From the NCBI RefSeq assembly GCF_000981785.2, contig NZ_CP011304.1, forward strand, positions 1,050,001 to 1,082,000: a DNA stretch of 32,000 bases, written 5' to 3'. A program made the position numbers and the translations under genes. Under the pieces are notes generated by a model. The model was not told the origin of the DNA and made no database searches. It saw nothing but the letters and a program-made list of their open reading frames with translations. Of the stretch, positions 24,821 through 32,000 are shown one piece after another (the stretch's first letter is position 1; every line of letters starts with the position of its first letter). The stretch comes from Microcystis aeruginosa NIES-2549. GTDB lineage: Bacteria > Cyanobacteriota > Cyanobacteriia > Cyanobacteriales > Microcystaceae.

Positions 24821-25867
24821 ATGACGATTCTTTTAGGGGGAGATATCGGGGGAACTAAAACAATCCTGCGTTTAGTGGATTGCCAAAACTCATCGGATAG
24901 TCCCCAACCCCTGCTAACTACTCTCGATCAAGAAATTTATTCTAGTAAACAATACCCCGATCTGGTGCCGATCGTCCAGCAGTTTTTGGCCCGACAAACC
25001 ACTATTCCCCCAGTGGCAAAAGCTTGTTTCGGTATTGCAGGTCCGGTGGTTAACAATAGTTCCGAATTGACTAATTTAAGTTGGTCTCTAACTGGCGATC
25101 GCCTAAGCCGCGAGCTGCAGATTGAGCGAGTAAAATTAATTAATGATTTTGCGGCGATCGGTTATGGGGTGTTAGGATTAGCCCCAGAGGAGCTGCACAA
25201 TCTACAGTCGGCTCCGGCAGTACCGGATGCCCCGATTGCGGTTATCGGTGCGGGGACGGGGTTAGGAGAGGGTTTTTTGATTCCTGTCTCGAAGGGTAAA
25301 TATCGGGTGTTTGGTAGTGAGGGTTCCCACGCCGATTTTGCCCCTCGATCGAGTTTAGAATATCAACTATTAAATTATCTCTTGGAAGTCTATAATATCG
25401 AGCGAATTTCGGTGGAGCGAGTGGTTTCTGGCCCCGGAATCACTTCTATCTATCGATTTCTCCACGATAGTAACTATAGTCAGTCATCACCGGCCATGGC
25501 GGAAATTTACCGTACTTGGTTAGCAGAAATGGGTAAACCGCAAAAAACCGTCGATTTAGCGGCTAAAATTGCCAGTTTTGCCCAAGATAACTCGGATGAT
25601 CTCTGTTATCAAACCATGAAAATCTTTGTCGAGGCCTACGGTGCGGAAGCGGGCAATTTAGCCCTCAAGTTGCTTCCCTACGGAGGATTATACATCGCGG
25701 GGGGGATTGCGGCCAAAAATCTTCCCCTAATGACCGAGGGTCGCTTTATGAAGGCTTTTCGGGCTAAAGGTCGGATGACGGAGCTATTAAGCAATATTCC
25801 CGTCCATATCGTCCTTAATGCCCAAGTGGGACTAATGGGGGCGGTTTACTGTGCTAGTCAGCTATGA
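24821..25867 (+). CDS. glk: Glucokinase
   Basis: LGGDIGGTKT N-terminal ATP motif, GAGTGLGEG, and ROK-independent Glk family length of 348 aa. Confidence 0.85.
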   Translation: MTILLGGDIGGTKTILRLVDCQNSSDSPQPLLTTLDQEIYSSKQYPDLVPIVQQFLARQTTIPPVAKACFGIAGPVVNNSSELTNLSWSLTGDRLSRELQIERVKLINDFAAIGYGVLGLAPEELHNLQSAPAVPDAPIAVIGAGTGLGEGFLIPVSKGKYRVFGSEGSHADFAPRSSLEYQLLNYLLEVYNIERISVERVVSGPGITSIYRFLHDSNYSQSSPAMAEIYRTWLAEMGKPQKTVDLAAKIASFAQDNSDDLCYQTMKIFVEAYGAEAGNLALKLLPYGGLYIAGGIAAKNLPLMTEGRFMKAFRAKGRMTELLSNIPVHIVLNAQVGLMGAVYCASQL

Positions 25868-26398
25868 GGGAGGGTTTACTGGAGATGGCTAGGGATTATT
25901 TTAAGAATAGGATCGCCCCGCAAGCGGTCCGGATTGCTCTTTATTGGCCTTGCCTGTTGCCGATGAGTTCAGATCAAAAAGATTAAAAATTATGGCTCTC
26001 CTAGACTGATTATGATCAATTAGTAGCAAAATGCCAATTTAAGAAAACTCTTCTCCTAAAGTTATCAAAGTTATATAAAATTGAGTTAACATAGCGCAGT
26101 TTATTAAGTAAAGTATCCCCGTATATTTGAGGAATTTCCCTAAGCTGCAAAATCAAATATAAGATTAATATTGTCTAAATTTGAAGGGTGACACCATTGA
26201 CGTTTTTAGTTATTAGATTTATTAGGGGTTTCCTTATTTTGTACCAGGTAACGGGACATCGGAAATTCTGTTAATCCCCCCTACAGCAGATGTTATGGCC
26301 TTTTGTCAACGGGAAAGTCCAGAAATAGAACAAGCTATGGCTCCGCTCATACCATGATCTGATCACTGCTGTTAGATTTTCATCTTTAGACAGTATTT

Positions 26399-26501
26399 AA
26401 CCTGAGTTCGGGATAAGCTAAAACCCTAATTTTCTCGTTCGCTGTCAACCCTATTCTTTTGTGGAATGAGTAGGAAAATAGCCTTAACCCGAACTGAGGT
26501 T
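26399..26501. repeat. Inverted repeat pair flanking ~75 nt (long hairpin or mini-MITE) just 3' of rsgA
   Basis: aacctgagttcggg (26399-26412) against the reverse complement of cccgaactgaggtt (26488-26501), 13 of 14 nt. Partial extension occurs on both sides. Confidence 0.5.
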
Positions 26502-26543
26502 ATTTATAAAGCAACCCTGAAGATAAACGCAACCTAACCGATT

Positions 26544-27620
26544 CTATTCAGAATCGTCATTATAAATATCTTGGAGAGTTTTATTTTCGTAGCGTTCCTG
26601 ATCTTGATTTTTGCCGCGACGGGAGGGACGACGATATTTTTTATTAGCTAATTTGGGTTCGTAGATTTCTTGACCTGCTTCCTTAATTTTTAACTTTAAA
26701 CTTGACTCTTTTGTGCTAGTTTTCTGTAATGACTGTTCTCGTGCGATCGCTTCTTCTAAAAACTCTAAATAATGTTGGTAACGTTCCCAATCTCCCCTCA
26801 CCACACAGTTAGGTTCCCGACGGTGAGTACAATCATTAAATTGACAATTTCCCAAAGCTAAACGCTGTCTCACTTCCGGAAAATAAAAAGTTAATTGTTC
26901 TGGTGAACAGTTAATATCCGGTTGGTTAAACCCCGGACTGTCGGCCAATAAACCCCGATTTGGTAAAGCAAATAACTCCACATGACGGGTAGTGTGACGA
27001 CCTTTTTGCAGTTTTCCCGACACATCCCCCACCCGTTGATTAATCTCAGGAATTAGGCAATTAATTAAACTCGATTTTCCCACCCCGGACGGACCGGCCA
27101 AGAGAGTGATTTTATGGTTTAATTGTGCTAATAAAGCCTCAAATCCCCGATTTTTCTCCACACTGACAAAAAAGGGCCGATATCCCCAAGCAGCTAGGCG
27201 ATCGCCCCAGACCTCTATTTGTTTCGGTTCCCCCAGATCGATTTTATTGACACAGACGGCAATTTCCAAGCCTGTGGACTCGGCTTTCACCAAAAAACGA
27301 CTAATCAGCCAAGGATCGAGGACAGGTTCAGCAAGGGCAAAAACTAGCAAAATCTGCTCGATATTAGCAACGGCCGGCCGATCGATCTCGGTACTGCGGG
27401 GGAGGACTTCTGCGATCACCCCCTGCCGATCATCAAAATTGGCTTCCTCCACGCGCACCCGATCACCAACCATCACCGATTGACCGATTTTTTGCAAGCG
27501 AGCGCGACGGGTACAGAGGAGATTCTCGCCCATAACGGCAGAATCCAAGCGTACCTGATAGAAATTCGCCTGTACGGCCACCACTGTGCCGTATAAATCG
27601 GTTAATTGTGCATCTACCAT
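26544..27620 (-). CDS. rsgA: Ribosome small-subunit-dependent GTPase A
   Basis: Circularly permuted GTPase order (NKIDL before GPSGVGKSSLIN), a DSPGF motif, and zinc-knuckle cysteines C..C.H....C, plus a basic C-terminal tail. Confidence 0.9.
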   Translation of the reverse strand: MVDAQLTDLYGTVVAVQANFYQVRLDSAVMGENLLCTRRARLQKIGQSVMVGDRVRVEEANFDDRQGVIAEVLPRSTEIDRPAVANIEQILLVFALAEPVLDPWLISRFLVKAESTGLEIAVCVNKIDLGEPKQIEVWGDRLAAWGYRPFFVSVEKNRGFEALLAQLNHKITLLAGPSGVGKSSLINCLIPEINQRVGDVSGKLQKGRHTTRHVELFALPNRGLLADSPGFNQPDINCSPEQLTFYFPEVRQRLALGNCQFNDCTHRREPNCVVRGDWERYQHYLEFLEEAIAREQSLQKTSTKESSLKLKIKEAGQEIYEPKLANKKYRRPSRRGKNQDQERYENKTLQDIYNDDSE

Positions 27621-27842
27621 TTAGGAATCGGGGCGATAGACTTTGAGAACAAAAAAGCTATCTCTGTCCTCGATCGATTCTATCTGATAACCCTCCACTG
27701 TCAGGCTAGTGGGAACCTGTTCGATCGGTTCCCCGGCATCTAACCAGACTTCCAACCGTTCCCCGGCGGGCATTTTCTCTAATTGCAATTTTGTCCGGAC
27801 AAAATTAATCGGGCAGGGAGTGCCGCGCAGGTCTAAAGTCAT
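27621..27842 (-). CDS. TusA/SirA-like small sulfur-carrier family protein with a variant motif
   Basis: 73 aa. LDLRGTPCPINF aligns with the LDxxGxxCPxP motif, with Asn in place of the second Pro. Zero-nt gap to rsgA and 2-nt gap from dnaJ. Confidence 0.65.
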   Translation of the reverse strand: MTLDLRGTPCPINFVRTKLQLEKMPAGERLEVWLDAGEPIEQVPTSLTVEGYQIESIEDRDSFFVLKVYRPDS

Positions 27843-27844
27843 AG

Positions 27845-28969
27845 TTATTTATGGAAGATATTACCTAAAAATCCCTCGATGCCGCCTTTCCCCACGGTTT
27901 CCCCGCGAACTTTCGCTATTTTTTCCAGTAATTCCCGTTCTTCTCCCGTGACACGGGTAGGAATCGAGATTTTAACGGTAATGCGATGATCACCGCGACT
28001 GACGGGATTGCCTAATTTAGGAACCCCCTTATTTTCTAAAATCAGTACGGTGTTCGGTTGAGTACCGGCAGGGATAGTCAGGTCTTCTTGGCCATCTACA
28101 GTATTAACTTTGATGGTACATCCCAAAATCGCTTGGATATAACTAATCGAGATATCCGATTTAATATCATTGCCTTCCCGTTGAAATTCCCCATCGTTTT
28201 CCACGGTTAGATAAACGAATAAATCCCCCGGCGGGCCGCCTTTAAGTCCTGCGTCACCTTCCCGGGCAACGCGCAATTTCATGCCGTTGTCAACCCCGGC
28301 GGGGATGGTAATTTTCAGTTTTTTGGTTTCCTGTCTGCGTCCGGAACCGCCGCAAACGTCGCATTTTTCCTCGATCACTTCGCCAGCGCCGTCACAGGTG
28401 GGACAGACCGAAACCTGAGCAAAAGTACCGAAGGGAGTGCGGGTGGCGCGGCGCACCTGACCAGTACCATTGCAAGTAGTACAAGTGTGGGAACTGGTTC
28501 CTGGTCTGGCCCCACTGCCTTTACAGGTTTGACAGGTTTCCAGATGACGGATCCGGATTTCCTTTTCACCGCCAAACACTGCCTCGCGGAATTTTAGTCT
28601 AAAATCGAGACGTAGATCCTCACCCCGGGTAGGGCCTGTGCGTCGGCGGGTGGCTGTTTGGCCGCCCATGCCCCCGAAACCACTAAAGATTGTCTCGAAT
28701 ATATCGGCGAAACCGCCCATATTGTCGGCATCAAAACCGGCAGCGCCCCCAGAAACCCCAGCTTCACCAAAGCGGTCATAACGATTGCGGGTTTCTGGTT
28801 CCGAGAGAATCTCGTAGGCGCGGTTAATTTCTTTGAAGTGTTCTTCGGCTCCCAGTTCTTTGTTAACATCGGGATGGTATTTTCGGGCGAGACGACGATA
28901 GGCGCGTTTGATGTCTTCTTTACCGGCATCTCGCGAGACACCTAGAATTTCGTAGTAATCAGTGGGCAT
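27845..28969 (-). CDS. dnaJ: Molecular chaperone DnaJ (type I: J domain, G/F region, four CxxCxGxG zinc-finger motifs)
   Basis: DYYEILGV...[46 protein letters not shown]. Confidence 0.95.
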   Translation of the reverse strand: MPTDYYEILGVSRDAGKEDIKRAYRRLARKYHPDVNKELGAEEHFKEINRAYEILSEPETRNRYDRFGEAGVSGGAAGFDADNMGGFADIFETIFSGFGGMGGQTATRRRTGPTRGEDLRLDFRLKFREAVFGGEKEIRIRHLETCQTCKGSGARPGTSSHTCTTCNGTGQVRRATRTPFGTFAQVSVCPTCDGAGEVIEEKCDVCGGSGRRQETKKLKITIPAGVDNGMKLRVAREGDAGLKGGPPGDLFVYLTVENDGEFQREGNDIKSDISISYIQAILGCTIKVNTVDGQEDLTIPAGTQPNTVLILENKGVPKLGNPVSRGDHRITVKISIPTRVTGEERELLEKIAKVRGETVGKGGIEGFLGNIFHK

Positions 28970-29076
28970 AGATGGCTATGGTTCTGCTGGCAATTTATAA
29001 ATAAACTTTCGGTCTAGTTGTTACTTTAACAAAGTATACATAATAGTTTAGTTGGGTTATCCCTACTATTTTTTTC

Positions 29077-29194
29077 GGTGGGGGCTAGGGGTTGGGAAGT
29101 GGGGAAGTGGGAAGTGGCAAGTGGGGAAGTGGGGAAGTGGGGAAGTGGGAAGTGGGGAGAAAAAAGCTGATCACTGATAACTGATTACTGATCA
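29077..29194. repeat. STRR-like composite in the dnaK-dnaJ spacer: (GGGGAAGT/GGGAAGT) array followed by four CTGATNA heptamers
   Basis: G-tract array 29077-29157 on the plus strand. CTGATCA CTGATAA CTGATTA CTGATCA at 29167-29194, ending 4 nt before the dnaK stop. Confidence 0.9.
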
Positions 29195-29198
29195 CTTT

Positions 29199-31247
29199 TT
29201 AATCTACGGCCTCGTAGTCACTGGCGCTCATTTCTTCCCCATCGTAGAGATCATCATCACTGTCCGATTGGGTGGATTTAGTTTCCAGATTACTATAGGT
29301 TCTGGTTCTAGTGCGGGAGAGGGTTGGCCCGTTGGTGAAGGTATTCGAGGAAGTGGCTTGGGTGCGGGTGGGTCGAGTCAGTTTTTCGGTGACATCGATC
29401 GATTCAAACCCAGTACCGTTAAGGGGTTGGTTTTGCTCTTGTCCACCCGTGTAGATGCGGGTACCGATTTCGAGGACAATCTGACGAAATTCTTCCAAGG
29501 TGGTTTTTAGCTTTTCTGGGGATAGGGAGGGGTCGCGCAGAGCGATTTCCAACTGTTGCCGCTTCTGGTCGGCCAGTTGCCGGATATCGGGGGCGACTAA
29601 CTGACTGTTTTCCCTGAGGGTGACTTCGTAGCTATAGAAAAGACTATCGGATTGGTGGCGAATATCGATCATTTGCAGACGAAGGCGATCAGATTCGGCG
29701 TATTTTTCGGCTTCTAGGCGCATTTTTTCAATTTCGTTCGGTTTCAGCCCTCCAGTATGGCTAATTAAAATGCTTTGTTCTTTGCCGGTGCCTTGGTCGC
29801 TGGCGGCCACTTTCAAGATGCCGTTGACATCGATCTCAAAGGCCACTTCAATTTGTGGCACCCCCCTAGGAGCGGGAGGAATTCCTGTCAGGAGAAATTT
29901 ACCGAGGGTTTTATTATCCTGGGCCATAGCCCTTTCTCCTTGGAGAACATGAATTTCCACCGAAGTTTGACCATCGGCAGCGGTGGAGAAAACCTGAGAT
30001 TTACTGGTGGGGATAGTGGTATTGCGATCGATAATTTTGGTAAAGACTTCGCCGAGGGTTTCAATGCCGAGGGAAAGGGGGGTGACATCGAGTAGGAGGA
30101 TATCTTCTACTTCTCCACCTAAAACTCCGGCTTGAATCGCTGCCCCCAAAGCAACGGCCTCATCGGGGTTAACAGAGCGATCGATCTGGCCGGTAGAAAA
30201 GAAACGGGAGATTAATTCTTGCACGGCGGGGATTCTGGTGGAACCACCAACGAGAATGACCCGATTGATATCGCTAGGCTGCAGTCCGCTATCTTTGAGG
30301 GACTGTTGTACGGGTTCGAGGGTTTTTTCCACTAATTCTCTGGTTAATTCCTCGAATTTAGCGCGAGTTAGTTCTAATTCTAGGTGTTTAGGGCCAGTTT
30401 CGTCGGCGGCGATGAAGGGGAGATTGATCGAGGTGGTAATCATGCTAGAAAGCTCGATTTTGGCTTTTTCGGCGGCTTCTCGCAGTCTTTGGATCGCCAT
30501 GCGATCGCTGGTTAAATCGATGTTTTCTTGGCTTTGAAAGTTCTCCACCAGCCACCGCACTAAGAGGTTATCAAAATCGTCCCCCCCAAGATGGTTATTG
30601 CCGGCCGTGGCTTTCACTTCAAAGACCCCCTTCCCCAGTCTCAGGATGGAAACGTCGAAGGTTCCTCCCCCCAGGTCAAAAACGAGGATATGTTGATCTT
30701 CGTTTTGTTTATCTAAACCGTAGGCCAGGGCGGCGGCGGTGGGTTCGTTAATAATTCTTAATACTTCTAGTCCTGCGATCATGCCCGCGTCTTTAGTGGC
30801 TTGACGTTGGGCATCGGTAAAATAGGCGGGAACTGTAATCACGGCCTCGTTAATCGGTTCTCCCAGATAGGCCTCGGCATCGGCCTTTAATTTTTGCAGG
30901 ATCATGGCCGAGATTTCTTGGGGAGTAAATTCCCGATCACGAATTTTGATATTGACGGTATCATCGCGACCGCGTTGGCAATGATAGGCAACTCGTCCCC
31001 TTTCTGCCTCCGTGTCTTGCCAACGCCTACCGATAAAGCGTTTGATGCTATAGACGGTATTTTCGGCATTAGTTACCGCTTGACGTTTGGCCAGTTGTCC
31101 CACTAGGCGCTGGGCCTTGCCGAATCCCACGATACTAGGAGTTGTTCTTCCCCCTTCGGAGTTGGGAACTATAATCGGCTGACCTCCCTCGAGTACGGCA
31201 ATGCAACTGTTGGTTGTCCCTAAGTCGATGCCGATGACTTTTCCCAT
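29199..31247 (-). CDS. dnaK: Hsp70 chaperone DnaK, a paralog with a long low-complexity acidic C-terminal tail (DnaK1-like by recollection)
   Basis: [27 protein letters not shown] and the full substrate-binding domain. The tail ...[37 protein letters not shown] lacks an EEVD-type ending. Confidence 0.95.
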   Translation of the reverse strand: MGKVIGIDLGTTNSCIAVLEGGQPIIVPNSEGGRTTPSIVGFGKAQRLVGQLAKRQAVTNAENTVYSIKRFIGRRWQDTEAERGRVAYHCQRGRDDTVNIKIRDREFTPQEISAMILQKLKADAEAYLGEPINEAVITVPAYFTDAQRQATKDAGMIAGLEVLRIINEPTAAALAYGLDKQNEDQHILVFDLGGGTFDVSILRLGKGVFEVKATAGNNHLGGDDFDNLLVRWLVENFQSQENIDLTSDRMAIQRLREAAEKAKIELSSMITTSINLPFIAADETGPKHLELELTRAKFEELTRELVEKTLEPVQQSLKDSGLQPSDINRVILVGGSTRIPAVQELISRFFSTGQIDRSVNPDEAVALGAAIQAGVLGGEVEDILLLDVTPLSLGIETLGEVFTKIIDRNTTIPTSKSQVFSTAADGQTSVEIHVLQGERAMAQDNKTLGKFLLTGIPPAPRGVPQIEVAFEIDVNGILKVAASDQGTGKEQSILISHTGGLKPNEIEKMRLEAEKYAESDRLRLQMIDIRHQSDSLFYSYEVTLRENSQLVAPDIRQLADQKRQQLEIALRDPSLSPEKLKTTLEEFRQIVLEIGTRIYTGGQEQNQPLNGTGFESIDVTEKLTRPTRTQATSSNTFTNGPTLSRTRTRTYSNLETKSTQSDSDDDLYDGEEMSASDYEAVD

Positions 31248-31604
31248 GACGCTCTAATAATAACGATAGTTAATAGGATACGATCGCTGACAAAAATTAT
31301 CCCCAAATTAGAAACGGGCTTTTTACCTCGTCTAATCTTGCCTCGGATGAAAGCTGGTAGTTTTCCTCCGAGGCTAACAAAACTTGTCGGTAAAGTCCGC
31401 AAGCCCGCCCGGATCGGTGTGGTAGACCATATATCAAGAGTAACCCAAAACCAGGAATTTTGCTCATGCTTCTAGCCCCTATTCCGCACTTTGTTTTGTA
31501 GTATAAAAAAATTACCCTTTTGGGGATTTGGCGATCGCTAGTAAGATCAAATCCGTTTTTAATACTATGATTAATACTAAATCTGGTTATTAAAAACTGA
31601 TTAT

Positions 31605-31647
31605 CTATTGCTCCTTTTGCCTATTGCCTATTGCCTTTTGCCTGTCC
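31605..31647. repeat. Heptamer array GCCTATT/GCCTTTT
   Basis: ctattgctccttttgcctattgcctattgccttttgcctgtc. A related gccttttgcctttg tract lies at 23872-23886. Confidence 0.8.
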
Positions 31648-31819
31648 TGATATGTAGCTTATACTCAACGGATTTAGTATAACTCCCAAGTTATGGATTG
31701 TTTCCCCCCGCTCCGGTGTTTCCCACTTTCCTATACCTTTTAAACAGGATTTAGTGCAAGCCATACTCAGATAAATTTAGGATAAGATAAGCAATAAACC
31801 GATCCTAGAGGACTTAATC

Positions 31820-32000
31820 ATGATTAGAGCCTATGCTGCCCGAGAAAAAGGGGGGAAACTAGAGCCTTTTGACTACGATCCGGGTATATTAGGGGATGAA
31901 GATGTGGAAATCGAGGTGGAATATTGCGGCATCTGCCACAGTGACCTAAGTATGCTCGATAACGATTGGGGACTGACCACCTATCCCTTTGTCCCCGGTC
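31820..32000 (+). CDS. Zinc-dependent NAD(P) alcohol dehydrogenase, N-terminal 60 codons. The 3' end lies outside the window.
   Basis: [60 protein letters not shown] contains the GICHSD catalytic zinc motif. The frame is open to the window end. Confidence 0.85.
   Translation, partial: MIRAYAAREKGGKLEPFDYDPGILGDEDVEIEVEYCGICHSDLSMLDNDWGLTTYPFVPG

Noticed and set aside
27106-27951. Plus-strand ORFs 27106-27483 and 27709-27951, antisense to rsgA, the tusA-like gene and dnaJ
   Set aside because: Arg/Ser/Pro-rich translations, typical of antisense reading of coding DNA. The minus-strand genes are well supported.
28375-28945. ORFs 28375-28575(-), 28594-28941(-) and 28658-28945(+) overlapping dnaJ
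   Set aside because: They lie out of frame or antisense within a full-length, motif-complete dnaJ. Their translations are low-complexity and typical of shadow ORFs.
29268-31106. Six ORFs of 60-106 aa overlapping dnaK on either strand (29268, 29770, 29775, 29888, 30238, 30894)
   Set aside because: All are embedded in the unambiguous 682-aa dnaK frame, and none has a recognisable motif.
31248-31500. Search for a CIRCE (TTAGCACTC-N9-GAGTGCTAA) HrcA operator upstream of dnaK
   Set aside because: No match was seen on either strand.
1-32000. Scan for tRNA, rRNA, tmRNA and RNase P RNA hallmarks (GTTCGAATC-type T-loops, GGGGCTG...CCACCA ends)
   Set aside because: None was seen. The only GTTCG-like strings fall inside coding sequence or inside the 26399 inverted repeat.

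Overview
Cyanobacterial chromosomal window. This is supported by repeated HIP1 palindromes (GCGATCGC), the carboxysome shell genes ccmK3, ccmK4 and ccmP, and chlM. The gene set, the density of toxin-antitoxin (TA) modules and the heptamer repeats most resemble Microcystis, but that is inference with no database check. Bases 1-6480 form an accessory block that looks like a defence island. It starts with a 5'-truncated NACHT-type STAND NTPase carrying about a dozen near-identical HEAT repeats. After it comes a tightly packed same-strand series of small TA-like cassettes: a RelE/ParE pair, a DUF6883/DUF4926 pair, XisI with two xisH fragments, an orphan DUF2283 gene, and a DUF433/PIN-like pair. 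Three cassettes are preceded by related copies of one short junction sequence. The rest is mostly housekeeping: chlM-panB-msrA-ccmK3-ccmK4, pyk, modA-modBC, an IS630 remnant, a membrane protein with a transglutaminase-like protein, murG, a Uma2 nuclease, fructosamine kinase, an M16 peptidase, NDH-2, ccmP, glk, dnaK-dnaJ-tusA-like-rsgA and a partial alcohol dehydrogenase. Intergenic regions carry tandem 7-8 nt (STRR-like) repeat arrays, including G-quadruplex-capable tracts, one MITE-like element, and a 620-bp leader or ncRNA candidate upstream of NDH-2. I found no rRNA, tRNA or CRISPR array. All family assignments come from reading the translated ORFs; no searches were run.
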